DNA of 64,000 nt from an uncultured Chthonomonadaceae bacterium (lineage in GTDB: Bacteria; Armatimonadota; Chthonomonadetes; Chthonomonadales; Chthonomonadaceae), in NCBI GenBank assembly GCA_963817895.1, contig CAWFQB010000004.1:935908-999907 (forward strand). The letters run 5' to 3'. Below are positions 56,334 through 64,000 of the stretch, piece after piece (position 1 is the first letter of the stretch; the number at the start of each line of letters is the position of its first letter). The notes beneath the pieces were generated by a model. That model was not told the DNA's origin. It worked only from the letters and a program-made list of their open reading frames with translations, and searched no databases. Both the position numbers and the translations under genes were made by a program.

Positions 56334-57486
56334 TCAGTACAGCGCCTGTTCGGTTTCCGTGTCGAACAGGTGCGATTTGTCCATGTCGAAAATCACTTCG
56401 ATTTTGTCGCCGATGCGGGCAGGGGAGGCGCTGTCAATCATGGCGATCAGGGACGTGTCGCCGGCTTTGAGGTACATTTCCACGTCGCTGCCTAGCGGCT
56501 CGATAACATCCACGTCCACGGTGATGGTGTTGCCGGTGTCGGATGTCACCAGACCGGGAAGTTGCTTGTCGTAGATGTCTTCCGGGCGGATGCCGAACAT
56601 GCACTTTTTGCCGACATAGTCGCGAACGCGCTCGGCCTGCGCGGGCGGCAGCACGACTTGGAAACTGCCCGCGTCCGCAATCACATCGCTCGCCCTGCTG
56701 CGCGATGCTGACCGGCACAAAATTCATGGCGGGCGAACCGATGAAGCCGGCGACAAACAGGTTGGCCGGATGATTGTAGAGTTCCAGCGGCTCGTCCCAC
56801 CTGCTGAATCACGCCGTTGCTCATCACGGTGATGCGGTCGCCCATCGTCATCGCTTCGACCTGATCGTGCGTGACGTAGACGGTCGTGATGCCCAGGCGA
56901 CGGTGCAGTTTGATGAGTTCGGCGCGGGTTTGAACGCGCAGTTTGGCGTCGAGGTTGGAGAGCGGCTCGTCCATCAGGAAGACTTTGGGTTCGCGGACGA
57001 TGGCGCGGCCCAGAGCCACGCGCTGCCGCTGCCCGCCCGAAAGCTCTTTCGGCTTGCGCAGCAGCAGGGGCTTCAGGCCGAGCATCTCCGCCGCTTCTTG
57101 AACGCGCCGGTCAATCTCCTCTTTGGTAAACGTCCGCTTGGAGTTGAACGGCCAGACGCTGCCCGTCGGGCGTCCGCTTCAGCCGCAGCCCGAAACTCAT
57201 GTTGTCGTACACGCTCATGTGCGGATAGAGCGCGTAGTTCTGAAACACCATCGCGATGTCGCGGTCTTTGGGCGAGACATCGTTGACGACGCGGTCCCCG
57301 ATGAGGATTTCGCCGCCCGTCGACTTCTTCCAGTCCGGCGATCATGCGCAGGGCGGTGGTTTTGCCGCAGCCGGACGGCCCGACAAGCACCATGAATTCT
57401 TTGTCGCGGATTTCCAGATTGATGCTGTTGACGGCAGTAACTTTGTTGAACGATTTGGTAAGATTTTTCAATTCCACGCCAGCCAT
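56334..57486 (-). CDS. Carbohydrate ABC transporter ATPase (MalK/MsmX/UgpC family; frameshifted)
   Basis: [52 protein letters not shown] and FGIRPED. Confidence 0.93.
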
Positions 57487-57667
57487 AAACGCGCACCTCT
57501 CCTCCGCGCCTGCGCGGATATTTCAATTAATCTCACCCAAACGTCTATAGCACAAGCCATAGTAAGGATAGCATAAAAGGACAGAAGGCATTATAGAGAA
57601 TTCTCGCGAGCTTGTCAAGCCACCAGACGGAAAAATGGAAAACAAGTGAAGAAACTTCGCTGATAAT

Positions 57668-57686
57668 TGGTATAATGTGTTATAAT
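57668..57686 (+). promoter_or_regulatory. Tandem extended -10 promoter-like elements upstream of the histidine kinase
   Basis: TGGTATAAT (57668-57676) and TGTTATAAT (57678-57686) in an AT-rich divergent intergenic region. Confidence 0.45.
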
Positions 57687-57871
57687 GGCTATACACGTTG
57701 ATTGAAAAATGAAACAACATGTGTCAACGCCCCTGATGGTTCGACCACAGCGATGGCAGACGTTGCTAACCTTCTGCTACTCCCCGGCATACATTCTCCA
57801 TCCGACATAACTTTCCCAATGCTCTCGCGCCCTCATGCGACGAGCGGGTTTCTTTGCTGTCGGCAAAAACT

Positions 57872-60672
57872 ATGAGCACTATTCAACCTGACGACCACCA
57901 CTATTGTATCACAGGCAACATGGTCACGCACGAAGCCGCTTCATACGCAGTTGAGGTGACTGAACTCCGCGTTGCCCGGAATATACTCCGAGAGCAGGGA
58001 ACTGCCGGAAAGGGCGGCGAATACGCGCATCTGCTCGAAATTGACGGATATTGTCAGCGCGCGGCAAACCGAGTTACGCAGGCTGTAGAAGAGGTTTCTA
58101 GCTATCTTCAGGCGCATGTTCGTTGTGTCGGCATGGTCTTGGAGACGCAGGAGGGCGTTGCGCGCGCGGCGGCAACGTTGTGGCGGCGCGGCAGCCACAG
58201 ATTTCGCCGCTATCCTCCCTTCCTCATTCGGTGGTTTACACCCATCTGGTCTTTCCTCATGATTGCCAGCCGCGCCGGGGTTTGTCACTTTTGTGTTCGG
58301 AGTTCAGGACCACGCCGAACCTCCTCCCTGCTTCATGCGGTCGCGCAGCAATTGGGGATGCGCGTGGCGAATGACCAGATGCGGCAGCAGGCAGACCGGG
58401 CGGAAGCCTCGGCGTCACGGCGAATTCGGGAAGTGGCGGCATTATATGAGATCGGCCATGTCCCGTCCGGCGACAGCGTTCAGCCTTTGCTGCAATTGAT
58501 TGTTGACCGCACCGCGCTGCTGATGGAGGCGCAAGCCTGTTCCATCATGCTGTTCGATGCCGAACAGCAGTGCTTTGCAACTGGCGGCCAGTCACGGTTT
58601 GTCGCCCCGCGCCGGCGCAAGTTCCGCAGTTGATAGGGCGAGGGAATTGCGGGACGGGTGGCGCAGACGGAACAGCCGCTTCTGATTTCCCGCGCAACGC
58701 GCCATGATCCCCGCTTGCAGGGCGTTTCCCTGCGCCCGGAAATTGGCTCTGCCATGCTGGTTCCCATGAAGAATCAGGGAGGGCAAATACTGGGCGTCCT
58801 GTCCATCCGGCGCAGTCTCGGGCCATGCCGAGTTTACCGAAGAGGATGTGAAGCTGTTTTCCGTATTCGCGTCCCAGGCGGCGCTTTCCCTTGCCAATGC
58901 GCGGTTGCTGGAAGACTTGAATCAGCGGGCGGGGGAACTGTCCAAATTATCTTCGCTTATCGCGTCGCTTTGCTGTCCACAACCGATCTGGAAGCCCTGC
59001 TGCAAACGGTGACGGAGGACATTTGCGCGTATCGGCGGGTTTGACCGCTGCTGTCTGTATCTGCGCGATACGCATCGTCCCCTGTTTACCGCCCGCGTCC
59101 GCATGGCTACCCGGAAACCTGGTGCCGAAATGCCGTCAAAGAGGGGGAAGGCGCGATAGGACGCGTTGCGCGCGATCGAAGGAAATTGCTGCTGTTTCGA
59201 CAGCCAGGAACCCGTTGCACGAAGAGACAGCCTCCTCCGGCGCCTATCGCCAGAGTGAAAGGTTTTGCCCGTTCGCTCGGCGCCAAAGCGTTTGTCGCCG
59301 TTCCCATTTTGACGAGCAAGAAGACGTGTATTGCGCGTGCTTGTCGCGGATAATCAGCGTAAGCCGTACGCCCTTGACCGAAGAACAAACCAACCTGCTG
59401 CAAGCGTTTGTCAGCCAGGCCGGAATTGCGATTGAAAACGCCCTTTTGTACGAACAGATGCAGGACAGCGTGGCGAAACTGCGGCGATTGACGGATTATA
59501 CCGACAACGTGTTGCAGTCCATCGAAGCCGCGATACTCACGACGGATACGCGGGGGCAGGTCGCGCGCTGCAACCGCGCCGCCGAAATGCTGCTGCAAGC
59601 GTCCGCGCGCCATTGCGGGCGTGCCACGCTGGAACAGGCGTTTGACAATCTGCATCTGCCCCCCGACGAGCAGGAGCATCTGCTGCAAGTCATCAGCGCG
59701 TTCAGGAAACGGGCGAGCGTATCCATCGGCTCAAATTAACCCTGCATCCACAAAACAGCCCCGCCACCACGTTTTACCTGATGGCGTCCCGCCTGCCGGA
59801 ACGCGCGAACGAGCGAACCGATAAAGTGGAACGGGCGGGAATCGTGATTATTTTCGAGGACGTGACGCAGGAGATGCGGCTGGAAGCGGAAGTGGAAAAG
59901 ATGCGCAGGCTTGCCGACATCGGGCAACTTGCCGCGAAAATGGCGCACGAGGTACGCAACGCCCTTTCGCCAATCAAAGGCGCGGCGCAACTGATGCGCA
60001 GCGAAACGGAAAACCCGGAATGGCCCGACATTATCATTGCCGAAGTGGACGGCCTGAGCCGCCTGACCAGTGAAATGCTGAATTTCGCGCGCCCCACTGC
60101 CCCTTGACCCGCGGGCTTGTGGACATCAATCGCCTGCTGCAATCGGCTCTGCAATCGCTCGGCGCCGTTTCTGGCGGAAAATAACACGCGCTTGTCGCTG
60201 GGAACTCAAGCGAGGGCCTTCCCACCCTGATGGCGGACGCGGTGCAATTGCGGCAGGTGATCCGTAATCTCGTGATGAATGCCGCGCAATCCATGCCGGA
60301 GGGCGGAACGCTGACCATGCAAAGCGATTGGGAACGCGCGAAACACAAAGGGTCGGCATGCGATTTATGGATACCGGGATCGGCATCGCGCCCGAAGATC
60401 GGGAACGCATTTTCGTCCCTTTGTCACCACGCGCCCGAAAGGAACAGGATTGGGGCTGCCTATCGTCCAAAAGAATGTTGACAATCATGGGGGCGCGTGG
60501 AAGTGGAAAGCGAGTTCGGGTAAGGGAACCTGCTTTCACCGTGTGGCTGCCGCTTGTGCCTCCCCCGGACGGGGAAAACGCCCGAAGGCCCGACGATTTC
60601 TGCCGGAACGGGCAGGAACCTTCCCGGATAATTAAACCGGCATTTAGGAATCCTGCCGCGAATCCGCCATAA
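57872..60672 (+). CDS. Multi-GAF/PAS sensor histidine kinase (many frameshifts; ends approximate)
   Basis: GAF signatures GEGIAGRVAQ and QAGIAIENALLY; PAS-like AILTTDTRG..CNRAAE; H-box GQLAAKMAHEVRNAL; N-box NLVMNAAQSM; DTGIGI; G2-like GLGLPIV. Confidence 0.85.
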
Positions 60673-60724
60673 TTCAACAGAAATCAAATAATCCAGTAGA
60701 CTCAACTAAGGGGTGACGAGGCCA

Positions 60725-61955
60725 ATGGCGCAGTCGAACGGCAAGAACAGCACTATTTTGATCGCGGATGATGAGCCGAATATTCGGCGCGTGTTCGAGG
60801 CGATGTTTGTCAAAGAGGGCTATACGGTGCTGACGGCGGAAAACGGCAAACGCGCCATTGATCTCGCGTCCGCGCATAACATTGACGTGCTGGTTTCCGA
60901 TCTGATTATGCCGGATATAACCGGCGTGGAAGTGCTGCAAAAAGTCAAGGAACTGCACCCGCAGTGTTCGGCGATTATCGTGACCGCTTATGGAACCATC
61001 AAGTCCGCTGTGGAAGCCATGCGGCATGGGGCGTTCAACTATCTGCAAAAACCCTTCGATATGGAAGAGGTGCGGATGGTCATCAAAAAAGCGCTGGAAC
61101 ATCGCGCCCTGCTGGCGGAAAATACCGAACTCAAGCAGCAATTGAAAACGACTGTGCGCCTGGACAGCCTGGACTGCGTGAGCGGCAAAATGCAGGAAGT
61201 GTATAAGATCGTGGAGCGGGTTGCCGAAAGCCGCGCCACCGTGCTGATACGCGGCGAAAGCGGAACGGGCAAGGAACTGATTGCCCGCGCCCTGCATTAC
61301 AACAGCCCCCGCGCCGCAAAGCCGTTTGTCGCCGTGTCCTGCGCCGCGCTGCCGGAAACCCTGCTGGAAAGCGAACTGTTCGGGCATGAGAAAAACGCGT
61401 TTACGGGCGCGGTCGCCGCCAAGCCGGGACGCTTTGAACTGGCGAATACCGGCTCGCTGTTTCTGGATGAGATCGGCGATATTCCCGCGACGGTGCAGAT
61501 CAAGATGCTGCGCGTGTTGCAGGAGTGGGAATTCGAGCGCATCGGCGCGACCAAAAGCATCGAAAGTGGATGTGCGGCTGATTACCGCCACCAATCAGGA
61601 TTTGGAAAAGTGCGTGGAGGACGGAACGTTCCGCGCGGACTTGTACTATCGCCTGAACATCGTTTCCATTTTTCTGCCGCCCCTGCGCGACCGCCCGGAA
61701 GACATTCCCACGCTGGTGGAGCATTTTCTGGACAAGTATTGCAAGCAGAACGGGCGCAAAATCAAAGCGGTGGACGCGCAGGTATGGGAAATGCTGCAAG
61801 CCTACCGCTGGCCGGGAAATGTGCGCGAACTGGAAAACGTCATTGAGCGCGGCGTGGTGCTTTCCGAGCGGACCGCCAAAGCCCTGACCCCCGATTTGAT
61901 GTCCATGCCGGTTGTTTCCGCTTATGAGCAGCGGCAGGCGAAGAGAGTAGAGTAG
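60725..61955 (+). CDS. NtrC/AtoC-family sigma54-dependent response regulator without a C-terminal HTH (frameshift near 61555)
   Basis: Receiver [66 protein letters not shown]; stops about 35 aa later. Confidence 0.9.
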
Positions 61956-61960
61956 CGCTT

Positions 61961-62100
61961 GTTCCGGGTATTGAAAATCCCCGGCAGGAAAGCGCAAGCA
62001 TCCTGCGGACGCGGAAAATTGTAGAAGCGTAGGGACACAACAAGTTGTGTCCGCGTCCGAAGAACGCTTGTTTTATCCAGACAGGGATTTTCAATCCCTG
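61961..62100. repeat. REPIN/MITE-like inverted-repeat element, degenerate copy 2
   Basis: CCGGGTATTGAAAATCCCCGGCAGGAAAGCGCAAGC..GACGCGG ... CCGCGTC..GCTTG..CAGGGATTTTCAATCCCTG; same layout as 53758-53886. Confidence 0.82.
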
Positions 62101-62248
62101 ATAATTCCTGCTGATTAAATACTCTAATTCGTTCGTAACCTCTTCTATCTGTCACAAAACCTACCCTGCCTGCGTAATACAAGTCAGCACTGCCAATTTA
62201 AGCGTTTTTCAACATCCCCATTCCCCCGAAGAGGAGAGTTTCTGTATC

Positions 62249-63843
62249 ATGTCTACCCTGAAAATGCGTCCTGTCGCGCGTCTGCGCGTGGGAAGAGCGC
62301 GCGTATCACCGGGGCTGGTTGTTGCGCCTGCCCTGCTGTTTGGTTTCGGCCTGATGACGGGCTGCGGGGGCGGCGGCGGCAAAGTCAACAACCCTTCGCC
62401 CGGCACACCCGCCACCACAAGCCTCGTGTCCGGTTCCGTGACCGATATTGACGGTTCCCCGGTTGTCGGCGCAAGCGTTAGTGTCAACGGCAAAACCGCA
62501 ACCTCGTCGCAGGGCGGCGCGTATTCCCTGTCCAATGTCACTGTTCCCGCCAATCAAGCCTCCCTCGTGACGACGGTGACGGCAACCGTGACCATCAACG
62601 GCAAAGCGTTGAGCGGGCAGAATACCGTCGAAGTCCTGAATGGCGAGGCAAATACCGCCAATGTCAACATCGTGGTTTCCGACGCTTCCAATCAGGGAAC
62701 CATCAGCGGAACGGTGCGGGATGCGGGCAATCAGGCGCTTCCCAACGCCCGCGTGTTTATCGCTCCCGGTCCCGTCGCAGCAGAGCAATGGCGGGCTGGC
62801 CTTTACCAACTTCAGTTCGTTTACGGTCTACACGGATACCGGCGGAAACTACTCCATTCCGAAACTGCCGCGAGGCGTCACGTATACCGCGCTCGCGTCC
62901 TATCCCGGCCATTTGAACCAGAGCGTGCCAAATCTTACGCTTTCCAACAGCAGTCTGGGCGGGGTCAACTTCAATCTCAGCGCGTCCAATACCAGCAATT
63001 TATTGCCGCCCGTGCAGAACTTCGGCGCGTTCAATTTCACCTTTCCCGCGTCCCCGACCCGCAGCCTTGCGAACGCCACGAACGCTTCCAGTCAGGGCGT
63101 AATGGACGCCATCAAAGCGTATGTGATCGCGAAGCGGGGTTTCAAGCAGAACCATTTCGCCGGCGCGAACAAACTGTGGAAGCGCAATACGACGACACGC
63201 AGTACGCCCGCCGGTTCGCTCATTGAAACCGATCTCGTGCTGGGACTTCGAGGATTTGAACAACCTGTACGGTTACAGCATTGTGCGGGCAACCGGCAGC
63301 AGTTCCAACTTTCAGGACATCGCCACCCTGCGCGACCCGCTTGCCGACCGTTACGATGACCTTGATCCCGTCCTGACGCCCGGAACCAGTTATTTTTATA
63401 ATGTCGGGCGATTGGATACCATTAACTTCCCGAACAACATCAACACGAGCAACAGCAACCCCGCCGATGTGACCATTCAAGTGTCGCCGCTCAACGCCAT
63501 TCAGGTGCAGTCGCCCACGCCCAATGCGAAAACGAAGCAAGCCCACCTTTACGTGGAACGCGGTCAACAACGCCAGCGATTATCAGGTGATTGTGTACGA
63601 CCAATTCCCGGATTTGCAGACGAGCAACGGCGGCGTCATACCCTACTGGCCGCAGGACAGCCAGAATCCCGGCAACAGCCTCGTGGCCGCGCCCGCCACA
63701 GCAACCACGTATAACGGGCCAGCCCTGCAATCGGGACACACCTACTACGTCGTCGTCCTCGCCCAGTACGCCCCGCCAACAACGACCCATCCGTCGGCGT
63801 GTCCATCTCCGTCAGCCCGATACAGGCGTTCACCGCGCAGTAA
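62249..63843 (+). CDS. Lipoprotein with carboxypeptidase-regulatory-like (prealbumin-fold) domains (frameshifted)
   Basis: GAGGAG RBS; lipobox LMTG-C followed by GGGGG; VSGSVTDIDGSPVVGASV and ISGTVRDAGNQALPNARV; Fn3-like tail LQSGHTYYVVV. Confidence 0.75.
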
Positions 63844-63860
63844 GCCCCGACCTGTGGTAT

Positions 63861-63902
63861 ATAATGGAGGAGAGCGCATGAGTTTGCGCTCTCCTCCATT
63901 AT
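63861..63902. terminator. Perfect 18-bp hairpin after the lipoprotein gene
   Basis: ATAATGGAGGAGAGCGCA-tgagtt-TGCGCTCTCCTCCATTAT; no U-tract, so function is uncertain. Confidence 0.5.
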
Positions 63903-64000
63903 GGAGGCAATATGAGTGGCAAAAGAGACGATAACTGTTGCAGGGCATGGCAGATGGAACAGCAATACGCAACCTAACCAGTAACAGGCACATAACATCA

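Noticed and set aside
57754..57767. Sigma54 promoter TGGCAGACGTTGCT
   Set aside because: The GG-to-GC spacing is 8 nt rather than the required 10.
63903..64000. Gene start after GGAGG at the window end
   Set aside because: Both candidate frames stop within about 22 codons, and the window edge prevents assessment.

Overview
64 kb of GC-rich bacterial chromosome. Gene content and style suggest a diderm soil or freshwater lineage such as Armatimonadota, which is an inference only. Most long genes, including uvrA and tyrS, are split by 1-2 nt frameshifts, typical of an unpolished long-read assembly, so split ORFs are rejoined here rather than called pseudogenes. Recognisable genes include uvrA, tyrS, rplY, tpx, yajQ, an orphan parB-like gene, an RpoD-family sigma factor, two MFS transporters, an M16 peptidase pair, two Ser/Thr kinases, an acyl-CoA ligase, a GT2-TylF-GT4-SLH cluster, a D-aminoacylase, two ABC ATPases and a histidine kinase/sigma54-activator pair. 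The most unusual region is 41.4-50.5 kb. There an HTH-NB-ARC-TPR gene lies divergent from an elongated ECF-like sigma factor and a membrane anti-sigma with two zinc fingers. These are followed by a secreted protein of tandem FGPxxPPGT(K/N/R) and NPxLGxGG peptide units, and a secreted protein that closely duplicates the anti-sigma's own ectodomain. This is a candidate undescribed cell-surface signalling system. Also notable are a sigma54 activator with no HTH and an NAFTGA loop, a MazF toxin with an in-frame stop, an HNH deletion remnant, a strand-asymmetric RNA hairpin in an MFS leader, two REPIN-like families, and 7-10-mer repeats that have entered coding sequences.
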